The notes beneath the pieces are model-generated. The model saw only the letters and a list, made by a program, of their open reading frames with translations, ran no database searches and was not told the DNA's origin. The translations under genes were made by a program, and so were the position numbers. This document shows positions 9,761 to 17,166 of a stretch of DNA of 64,000 bases, piece after piece. Positions within the stretch are counted from its first letter, which is position 1. Each line of letters opens with the position of its first letter. The stretch is from an uncultured Fibrobacterota bacterium. Its GTDB lineage: Bacteria; Fibrobacterota; OXYB2-FULL-49-7; JAEUSG01. The DNA is taken from NCBI GenBank assembly GCA_964590225.1, contig CAZPWS010000003.1, positions 11,899 to 75,898 on the forward strand, read 5' to 3'.

Positions 9761-11174
9761 TTTCTTCCTTGTCTTTCTGGGTGGTTTTAATCTCTTTATT
9801 TTATTCTATTTTATTTCGCTCAATCTTTTTTATACGGCTCTGATCTTTATTGCCTCTTTTGCAGTTTCGCGATATAACAACGAATATTTACTACACAGAG
9901 GGATAAGGTTGCCTCTAAAATTTATTAAGCCCTTCTCTCTTTTGATTCCTGCGTATAATGAGGAGGCGGTGGTTGTAGAATCTGTGAACTCGTTACTCTC
10001 GCTCGATTTTGAGGAATATGAGGTAATTGTCGCTAACGATGGCTCTACCGATGATACGCTTGATAGGTTGATTAAAGCCTTTAAGTTGGAAGAAGTCAAT
10101 ATTGCAATTCAGGTGCGGTATCCTTCCAAACAGATCAGGAAGGTTTATTTTTCACGAAAAGAGCCACGACTAATTGTAGTTGATAAGGAAAATGGAGGAA
10201 AGGCGGATGCTCAGAATGCGGCAGCTAATGTGGCCCGCTATCCTTATGTGGGAGCTGTTGATTCGGATTCTCTGTTGTCGCACGACTCAATGCGAAAGCT
10301 GATGGCGAGATTCGCGGCTCAGCCTAACTTTGTTGGTGTCGGTGGTATTGTTAGGCTCTCTAACGGCTGTCGTATTGAGAATGGAAAGATATTGAGTGTT
10401 AAGCTTCCGGGAACATTAATTGAAAATGTTCAGGTTGTTGAGTACTTGAGGGCATTTCTATATGGCAGGATGGGATGGGCTCACCTTAATATACTTATGA
10501 TTATTTCTGGCGCTTTTGGAGTTTTCAGACAGGATGTTCTTGCAAAGGTGAGTGGCTGGAATCCAAAGGCATTAGGGGAGGATATTGATATCGTCCTTAA
10601 AATGCACCGTTATATTCATGAAGAAAAGAAACCTTTTGCACTTGGTTTTGCTCCCGATCCGGTTTGCTGGACACAGGCACCGCACAGCCTTAAAGGGCTT
10701 TCCGTTCAGCGGGATCGTTGGCAGAGGGGATTAATGCAGACACTTTTTTATAATATCAGGATGTTCTTTAATCCAAAGTACAGGCAGATTGGATTGGTAG
10801 GATATCCCTATTTTTTTATTTACGAAATGATGGGAGGTCTTTTAGAATTTCTCTCATATCCAATTATTATTATCTGCTTTTTGTTGGGTCTTGTGAATAC
10901 GCCATTCTTTGTTCTGTTTATGTCGATTTCGCTTGTTTGGGGATTATGTGTTACAGTAATGTCTATCGCACTTGAGGAAACTTCTTACAGGCGTTACGAC
11001 AAGACGGGTGATTTTATCAAGTTGTTTGCTGCCGGTATTATAGAGAATTTTGGCTACCGTCAGCTTCACTCATGGTGGCGCGTTAAAGGTTTTTTTAAGC
11101 ATATTTTTGGCGTAAAGAGTGGATGGGGGGCAATTCCCAGAGTCTCTTTTTCAAATGAAAGAGCGAAGACATGA
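9753..11174 (+). CDS. processive family-2 glycosyltransferase (PgaC/IcaA/BcsA-like polysaccharide synthase)
   Basis: LIPAYNEE...VIVANDGSTDDT, a DSDS (DxD) motif, and QRDRWQRG, which is the Q-x-x-R-W motif of processive GT2 synthases. Two N-terminal and about four C-terminal TM helices, as in PgaC. ATGA overlap with the downstream gene. Confidence 0.75.
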   Translation: MLDFFLVFLGGFNLFILFYFISLNLFYTALIFIASFAVSRYNNEYLLHRGIRLPLKFIKPFSLLIPAYNEEAVVVESVNSLLSLDFEEYEVIVANDGSTDDTLDRLIKAFKLEEVNIAIQVRYPSKQIRKVYFSRKEPRLIVVDKENGGKADAQNAAANVARYPYVGAVDSDSLLSHDSMRKLMARFAAQPNFVGVGGIVRLSNGCRIENGKILSVKLPGTLIENVQVVEYLRAFLYGRMGWAHLNILMIISGAFGVFRQDVLAKVSGWNPKALGEDIDIVLKMHRYIHEEKKPFALGFAPDPVCWTQAPHSLKGLSVQRDRWQRGLMQTLFYNIRMFFNPKYRQIGLVGYPYFFIYEMMGGLLEFLSYPIIIICFLLGLVNTPFFVLFMSISLVWGLCVTVMSIALEETSYRRYDKTGDFIKLFAAGIIENFGYRQLHSWWRVKGFFKHIFGVKSGWGAIPRVSFSNERAKT

Positions 11175-12319
11175 AACAGCATATCTCTATTATTGTTCTA
11201 TTGCTTTTTATGCTTTCTGTGAGTGAAGTTTCGCTTAAAGGCGCTTCCGAACTCCGTAATGTCGGCCGTATAGAGGAGGCTTTGATAATATACGATTCCC
11301 TTATACAAATAAATAGCAAGGATTCAGATGCCTTGATTGCACGAGGATTTTGCAGATTGGCGGTTTCCCGTGTCGAGGAGGCCTATGCTGATTTTAAGAC
11401 TGCGATCGATATATCAAGTGATTATGTTGATGGTTATATTGGCATGGCTTTGGCCGCAAAACGAATGAACCATTTTGAATTAGTTGATTCATTAATAGCT
11501 CTTGCAATAAATACCTGCAATAGCGATAAATCAAAACTGCTCACGCTCCAGAATCAGCTTTGGGAGGTCGGTTTTTATAGTCAGGCACGAAAACTTTCTG
11601 CAGTATTTGCTGCGGAGGGTAATCGGGTTTGCTATCTAAAGGTAAATAGCGCTTTTGTTGCGCTGGGGTATGATCTTATTGACAATGGGGGTAATTGGCG
11701 TGCGATTGAAGGGGGGGCATTACTTGGAGTTCGTCCGGATTGGTCGCTTGGGGCGGTAGCAGGTAGTTACGAACGAAACGGTATAATCAACTCTCGGCTC
11801 TCGCTTTCTCCATCTTATAGACATACTTATCGGTTAAGTGGTGCATATGAGCTATCGGTTGCTTATCCAGAACGGTTCTTGCCATCAATATCACAAAAGA
11901 TACTGCTAAGTTATTTGGTAAGAGCAAACATAGTGGCGGAAGTTGGCGTAACTGCAGCCAAATATGATAATGGATGGGTCCGTTTAGGAATTATAGGGAG
12001 TGAATTTAACCATCATGCAGCATCTATCAGGTATCAACTGTCGGCAGGATTGGACAATAACAACGATAACATAATGACTCAGATGGCTGCGATTGGTTAT
12101 GCTGTTTCTCAAAAGTCAAAAATTACAATTGGTGGAGCGATTGGCAGCGAGACTGTTGATAAACTCGCGTACATCGCATCAGAAAAAGTGGCGTCGATCT
12201 ATTCTGTTGTTGCGTTCCCCTTGTTCTTTAGAGTAGGCATGGTAGTGTCGCTTGCAGAAGAGTGGCGCGACAAAAATCCTTTTCGCACGACTTTTTCGCT
12301 TTCCATTATTTATCGATAG
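11171..12319 (+). CDS. signal peptide + TPR repeats + C-terminal beta-barrel-like domain (mini PgaA/BcsC-type outer-membrane exporter)
   Basis: Signal peptide (IIVLLLFMLSVSEV). TPR-like helices (ALIARGFCRLAVSRVEEAYADFKTAIDI...). The C-terminal roughly 230 aa are Gly/Ser/Tyr-rich with an alternating hydrophobic pattern typical of beta strands. Confidence 0.45.
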   Translation: MKQHISIIVLLLFMLSVSEVSLKGASELRNVGRIEEALIIYDSLIQINSKDSDALIARGFCRLAVSRVEEAYADFKTAIDISSDYVDGYIGMALAAKRMNHFELVDSLIALAINTCNSDKSKLLTLQNQLWEVGFYSQARKLSAVFAAEGNRVCYLKVNSAFVALGYDLIDNGGNWRAIEGGALLGVRPDWSLGAVAGSYERNGIINSRLSLSPSYRHTYRLSGAYELSVAYPERFLPSISQKILLSYLVRANIVAEVGVTAAKYDNGWVRLGIIGSEFNHHAASIRYQLSAGLDNNNDNIMTQMAAIGYAVSQKSKITIGGAIGSETVDKLAYIASEKVASIYSVVAFPLFFRVGMVVSLAEEWRDKNPFRTTFSLSIIYR

Positions 12320-13012
12320 ATAAGATTGCAGTTGGTGGAGGAGCTTACGCCATTGGGTTAATGAGCGGCATTAATAATCTTCTTGGCGCGCTCTATTCTT
12401 TTCCTGGTGGATATCTTGCTGATAGGATTGGAATAAAAAATCTCTGCTTGTTTTTAATATGATGGCTGCTACAGGGTATATGATCGTAGTGCTTGTTCCA
12501 ATATGGCAAGCAGTTATTATTGGTTCATTTTTGTTTCTTTCGCAAAATGGGGTGAAAGAGAAGGAATAAGATATTCATTTATAGTGACATCAATAGAAAT
12601 GGTAACTGCTATTTTAATTTACATTCCTGTTGCATATCTTGCTGATAAGGGTTCTAAAAAGCCTTTTGTTATAATTACATTCGGTTTTTTCACCGTTTTC
12701 CCATTGGTATTGCTATTTAGCAATTCATATAGCGCATTGATTGTTGCCTTTATCTTCCGAGGTCTTAAGGAGTTTGGCGAACCGACCAGAAAAGCGTTAA
12801 TTATGGATCTTGCGCCGGAGGGAGAAAAAGCTTCGGCGTTCGGTCTTTACTACCTTTTAAGGGATGTTGCTGTATCGGTAGCAGCATTTGGTGGAGCTTT
12901 TTTATGGTCTATAAACCCATCTGTTAATCTTATTTCCGCGTTTTTCTTTGGCCTTGTGGGGACTATCTGGTTTGCTATTTACGGGAAAGATGTTAACAAA
13001 GCGGCGACTTAA
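12262..13012 (+). pseudogene. decayed MFS transporter gene (two out-of-frame fragments, N-terminal helices missing)
   Basis: Fragment 12262..12462 carries MFS motif A (GLMSGINNLLGALYSFPGGYLADRIG). Fragment 12503..13012, in another frame, carries the second-half motif (FRGLKEFGEPTRKALIMDLAPEGEKASAFGLYYL) and C-terminal TMs. Together they are far shorter than the roughly 400 aa of an MFS protein. Confidence 0.45.
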
Positions 13013-13200
13013 CAAAAATAAGTCACGAATAGGAAAAAAGTTTAGCGGTCACAACTCTTTTGCCCATTTAATTCTTAAAGTAAAAGCTGTTGTTAAAGTC
13101 AAAGAGTTTTAATTTCAATATTTTCAATGGCTTGTGACCTTACTTAAAGTGTTTAAACAACTCAAATTGTGGCACTTAATTTGCGTTGTAAGTAGCTACT

Positions 13201-13761
13201 ATGTCTGCATTCAGGGTAACCCCAAGCGCTCAACACATTCAATCTGCTTATGATCGTGCGCTTGTATTTGATAGAATGAAAAAAAAGAGCGAAGAGGAGA
13301 GAGCTGCAGAAAGCGCATCAAAGATTGATACAGTTGTTAAAGATTCTTATAAAGATGTAACTACCACTTCTTCGTATCTTCCTGTTGATAAACCAAAACC
13401 TAATACGGTTCCTTTTAAGCCTGGTTTTGTGTTTGAATATGGCCGTGGTACAGAAGGAGGGGGGGTTACTGTTACTATCACAGATGTTGATAGGGTTAAA
13501 ATCGAGATGGAGTCGAATGCCATGACAGATGACCGGAAAAAGGCGGTCAAGTCACTTGTCATGCTGGGACTTGGAAAGATAAACAGGGAGGATCTTAATA
13601 AGGCAACTTCCGATGGAAGGCAATCGGTTGAAACAATTAAAAAAGAATTGTCTTATATGGGGCTTAAGAGTGATATCCCCTTTGGGCTTGGCGAGGATTC
13701 TTTTTATTTCGACTTTGCCAATTTGCTCCGGCAATATAAATCCATAGATGTCAATGGCTAA
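13201..13761 (+). CDS. hypothetical protein; its last about 35 codons are duplicated at 19279..19396
   Basis: ORF of 186 aa with no recognisable motif. The 3' end lies inside direct repeat copy A. Confidence 0.35.
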   Translation: MSAFRVTPSAQHIQSAYDRALVFDRMKKKSEEERAAESASKIDTVVKDSYKDVTTTSSYLPVDKPKPNTVPFKPGFVFEYGRGTEGGGVTVTITDVDRVKIEMESNAMTDDRKKAVKSLVMLGLGKINREDLNKATSDGRQSVETIKKELSYMGLKSDIPFGLGEDSFYFDFANLLRQYKSIDVNG

Positions 13762-13878
13762 TTTACGGGCCGAAAATATTGTCTCAGAACCTTGTTTCTG
13801 TTTGCATTAGAAACTTCTTCTAATGCAAAGTTCGGGTTTATAATTTGTTGGGTACAGGAGAAGAAAAAGAAGCCTTCT
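13654..13878. repeat. direct repeat copy A (about 225 bp, about 90% identical to 19277..19478); contains 3' end of 13201..13761 gene and a sequence matching the holA 3' end
   Basis: Read by eye: tatatggggcttaagagtgatatcccctttgggcttggcgaggattc...ggtacaggagaagaaaaagaagccttct matches 19277..19478, with several substitutions and a 35 nt indel. Confidence 0.7.
13804..13826. terminator. perfect 9 bp stem / 5 nt loop hairpin (gcattagaa-acttc-ttctaatgc) present only in repeat copy A
   Basis: The inverted repeat is seen directly. It lies 42 nt after the stop of the 13201..13761 gene. There is no strong T-run, so intrinsic-terminator function is uncertain. The hairpin is missing from copy B. Confidence 0.3.
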
Positions 13879-13922
13879 TTGAATAAGTCTTTGGGCAGGT
13901 TTGGCTTCTCTGTTAAGAAAAA

Positions 13923-14011
13923 GTGAATTTTGTTCACGCTTATGGCGCTATAACCGTGAATAAAATCTGTTTTTAACTATCTATTCACGGTTATGTTGCT
14001 AAAAGCGTGAA
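13923..14011. promoter_or_regulatory. array of five alternating GTGAA/TTCAC half-sites forming nested inverted repeats immediately upstream of fic
   Basis: ttcacgctt(13933)...aagcgtgaa(14003) and aaccgtgaata(13952)...tattcacggtt(13982) are exact reverse complements. An additional gtgaa lies at 13923. The array ends 19 bp before the fic start. Confidence 0.4.
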
Positions 14012-14029
14012 TTAATACTATGTTTAAGT

Positions 14030-14902
14030 ATGTCAAAAATACTGAATGTGTATGCAAAAATATCCAAGCTCCGTGAGCGCTATTATGTTTCCATTAAGGG
14101 AAAACAATCACTTTTAGGTCTGCTCTCAGACAATGAAGTTGCAGAACAGGTTTATAACTCTAATGCTATAGAAAATAGCACTCTTACCTTAGAAGAGACG
14201 GAAAAAATTCTTCTTCAGATTGATCTGGATAGATACATTACAGAAAGAGAAATTTTTGAAGCAAAAAACCTCTCTCGTGTTGTTTCTTACATTGATAAGA
14301 AAGCTAAAGAGCAGGAGCTTGATCTGGACATGATATTGCTGCTGCATAAAATGCTTATGTCAAATATCAGGGATGATGTAGCCGGCAGGTTTAGAAAAGA
14401 GGGAGAGTGGGTAAGAGTTGGAAACCATATAGCTCCAGATTCTAAATTGGTGCATGGACTGCTTGAAAATATGATAACTGAATACAATGCCCATAGCAGC
14501 GAAAATATCATAAAACGGATAGCGCTCCTTCATCTTACATTTGAAAACATTCATCCTTTTGTTGATGGAAATGGCCGTATTGCCAGGGCATTAAACAATT
14601 ATTTGCTCATTCGAGAAGGTTTTGTACCAATTAGCATAAAGTTTATTGATCGAAAAATGTATTATAATGCTTTTCAGCAGTTTGATAAAAATAACTCAAT
14701 GTCAATAATGGAGTCTATAGTTGGTCGGGCGCTTGCAAACAGCTATCACAAGAGGCTTGCATATCTGGAAGGTAAGAGCATAATTACGCTTAAAGAATAT
14801 GCAAGAAGCAGCAAAATGTCATACTCAAACTTGCTCAACAAGGCAAACCGTCAAACAATTGAAGCGTTTATTGAAAAAGGTGTTTGGAAAATAGGCGAGT
14901 AA
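14030..14902 (+). CDS. Fic/DOC family protein (AMPylator-type)
   Basis: HPFVDGNGRIARAL matches the Fic active-site motif HPFx(D/E)GNGR. The length (290 aa) is typical. Confidence 0.8.
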   Translation: MSKILNVYAKISKLRERYYVSIKGKQSLLGLLSDNEVAEQVYNSNAIENSTLTLEETEKILLQIDLDRYITEREIFEAKNLSRVVSYIDKKAKEQELDLDMILLLHKMLMSNIRDDVAGRFRKEGEWVRVGNHIAPDSKLVHGLLENMITEYNAHSSENIIKRIALLHLTFENIHPFVDGNGRIARALNNYLLIREGFVPISIKFIDRKMYYNAFQQFDKNNSMSIMESIVGRALANSYHKRLAYLEGKSIITLKEYARSSKMSYSNLLNKANRQTIEAFIEKGVWKIGE

Positions 14903-14976
14903 TGTTCATGTTGATAAATAAAATTCTACAAAAACTCTAACTTGCTGTCAAGTCATTGATTTTAAAGACATAGCGG

Positions 14977-16044
14977 TCAGCGACCCAAAACCGCCATGGC
15001 ACTCTCTTTAAATTTACCACTACGAATAGATACAACATATTTACCACAGGGGCGCCCCGATGCATTCCATAAATAACTGCAAGCTTCTCCATAACTTGCC
15101 ATTTTGGCATAAAATACACGCTTACCGTCAATCGTAACTATTGAAAGTTCCACCGGCTCATTTTTACTGCTGTTAAAAGTTATTCTCAAAACCGAATTAA
15201 AAGGTGAGGGAGAAAGCGCCAACACACCTTGCCTCGCAAAACCAACATTTCCCTGCTCAATAGCAAGACATTGGCAAAAAGGCGAAGAGTAAGGGGTTTG
15301 TGGTAGCCCCTTGCCAACCCAGAGCGCAGCGTATCCTTCCAAACTGATAACCCTCGCCGGATCGAAACCCATGTTGTCTATAAGCCAATCCCTTGCCTGG
15401 TTTGCTCTGTTTCCGCTACGGCAATAAATGAAGACTTCCGTCTCGGTGCTCAAACAATTTGGAGCCTGTGTCTGAAATTCACCGGAACTCCAGTCTAGTC
15501 GGCACGCTCCCGGAACCATCCCAACATCTGTTTCAGATTGCGTCCTTACATCTATAACCTTGACCTCCCTGCTTCCAACCATTATTGCCCTGAGTGCATA
15601 CCCATCAATAACAGCAGGCAGAACAGCGTTGGCCTGAAGTAATTTTAACGAAAGAGTATCCTGTACACTCCTTCTGTGGGAGGGCAAAAGATCAAAACCG
15701 CTATACCAGATAGAGTCCGATGGATATCCATCATCAGCTATTCGTGATGCCGTATACTGAGCCAATGAGCCACTGTAACAGGTAATCAGAAGTCTGCGCT
15801 GCTGACGAAGCAATCGAACTGAAGCCACGGCTTCATCCGCTGAACAATAAAAGGTTGGTACAGCAACTTCCACAGGGTTTGCCATATCCCTTACATCAAA
15901 TGCAATATAATCAACATTTGTTGAATTCCAGACTTTCAAAACTGAGTCAGTGAGAAATGAGACCGCACCCACATTAAACGATAGCCCGAACAATAAAAAA
16001 ACAGGCTTTATTCTATTCATACTCAAAATATAGGAAATAAACAA
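14977..16044 (-). CDS. secreted tandem rhodanese-domain protein with T9SS C-terminal sorting domain
   Basis: Signal peptide. A second rhodanese domain with the active-site loop VFIYCRSGNRANQA, and a degenerate first domain (ITCYSGSLAQ). The C-terminal roughly 80 aa (SPSPFNSVLRITF...GKYVVSI...) match the Por-secretion-tail pattern. Confidence 0.55.
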   Translation of the reverse strand: MFISYILSMNRIKPVFLLFGLSFNVGAVSFLTDSVLKVWNSTNVDYIAFDVRDMANPVEVAVPTFYCSADEAVASVRLLRQQRRLLITCYSGSLAQYTASRIADDGYPSDSIWYSGFDLLPSHRRSVQDTLSLKLLQANAVLPAVIDGYALRAIMVGSREVKVIDVRTQSETDVGMVPGACRLDWSSGEFQTQAPNCLSTETEVFIYCRSGNRANQARDWLIDNMGFDPARVISLEGYAALWVGKGLPQTPYSSPFCQCLAIEQGNVGFARQGVLALSPSPFNSVLRITFNSSKNEPVELSIVTIDGKRVFYAKMASYGEACSYLWNASGRPCGKYVVSIRSGKFKESAMAVLGR

Positions 16045-16146
16045 GCCAAGAGCGAATGTGTTGATTGTGGTGACGAAAAGTTTGTGGCATTCTCCTGCAA
16101 GCAGCGCAGTTGCTGTCCAAACTGCGATAAGACTTGCCCTGAGTGA
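16024..16146 (+). mobile_element. remnant of an IS91-family transposase N-terminal zinc-binding domain (no start codon, about 40 codons, ends in a stop)
   Basis: The translation ...ECVDCGDEKFVAFSCKQRSCCPNCDKTCPE* fits the C-x2-C-G-x-E-x4-(A)FSCK-x-R-x2-CP-x-C pattern of the IS91 transposase zinc-binding domain. No catalytic domain follows. Confidence 0.35.
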
Positions 16147-16236
16147 GCCGAAGGGAGCGTTCCATTATTCTTGGCATATGCTTAATGACTGAAGGTAAAA
16201 CTCGTTTTTTACCGTTTCCCACAGGAAACGATAATT

Positions 16237-17166
16237 ATGAAAATAAATTGCTTTAATATCAATTTCTTCATATCTTTGCATAGAAGGAATGGAGAAAAAA
16301 TGATACCTTGCATATTCGATTATACCGACTATAAGAAATATCTGGCAGAGCTTTATAAGGTAAGGAAGGCCGAGAATAAGGGGTTCTCGTACAACGCCCT
16401 TTCTATGCGTGCGGGATTTAAGAACAAGGGCTTCATTTACAATGTTATAAATAGCAATAAGCGGTTATCCAAAGAAAGTACAATAAAACTTTCTATGGCG
16501 CTTAATCATAATAAACAGGAAACTGAATATTTCGAAAATCTTGTTTTTTTTAACCAGGCCGAAGAGCTCAAAGAGCGTAACTACTATTATGAAAAACTGA
16601 TTGCAGTTAAACCATGCAAGCAAAATGTTGGCGAAGCATACAAACTTATGCAGGATCAATATGCGTATTACTCCGATTGGCGAAACAGCGCCATCCGCTC
16701 GTTAATTGGCCTATATCCATTTAAAGATGACTATGCATGGCTCGCAAAAAGTCTCTATCCTCGGATAAAACCTAAAGAGGTAAAAAAGTCTATTCAGCTA
16801 CTGGAAAATCTTGGACTCATCAAAAAGGGTAAAGACGGAATTTACAAACTCGCTGAAAAACATATTACAACTGGCAAAGAAGTTACAGGTCTTGCAGTGC
16901 AAAACTTCCACAAAGCGTCTGCGATACTTGCATCGGAAGCAATAGCTAACCTGCCCAAGAGCAAGCGAAACATCACGGGAATTACGCTTGGTATTTCAAA
17001 AAAGACCTACACACGAATATGTGAAGAGATTGCACAATTTCGTAGTCGTATTATCGATCTTGCAGATTCTGACGAAGGGGCTGATCGCGTGTATCAGCTC
17101 AATTTTCATTTTTTCCCCATTTCAAATATTGATAACCAACTTTCTAAAACAGGAGATAAGGTATGA
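16237..17166 (+). CDS. TIGR02147-like (Fibrobacter succinogenes paralogous family) putative HTH protein
   Basis: MIPCIFDYTDYKKYLAELYKVRKAENKGFSYNALSMRAGFKNKGFIYNVI resembles the N-terminus of the Fibrobacter TIGR02147 family. The likely true start is the internal Met at 16300. Its stop overlaps the start of the next gene (ATGA). Confidence 0.45.
   Translation: MKINCFNINFFISLHRRNGEKMIPCIFDYTDYKKYLAELYKVRKAENKGFSYNALSMRAGFKNKGFIYNVINSNKRLSKESTIKLSMALNHNKQETEYFENLVFFNQAEELKERNYYYEKLIAVKPCKQNVGEAYKLMQDQYAYYSDWRNSAIRSLIGLYPFKDDYAWLAKSLYPRIKPKEVKKSIQLLENLGLIKKGKDGIYKLAEKHITTGKEVTGLAVQNFHKASAILASEAIANLPKSKRNITGITLGISKKTYTRICEEIAQFRSRIIDLADSDEGADRVYQLNFHFFPISNIDNQLSKTGDKV

Noticed and set aside
16013-16222. 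69 aa minus-strand ORF between the rhodanese and TIGR02147-like genes
   Set aside because: It lies in a divergent promoter region and has a Lys/Arg-rich low-complexity translation. The plus strand of the same DNA carries the more meaningful IS91 zinc-finger relic.
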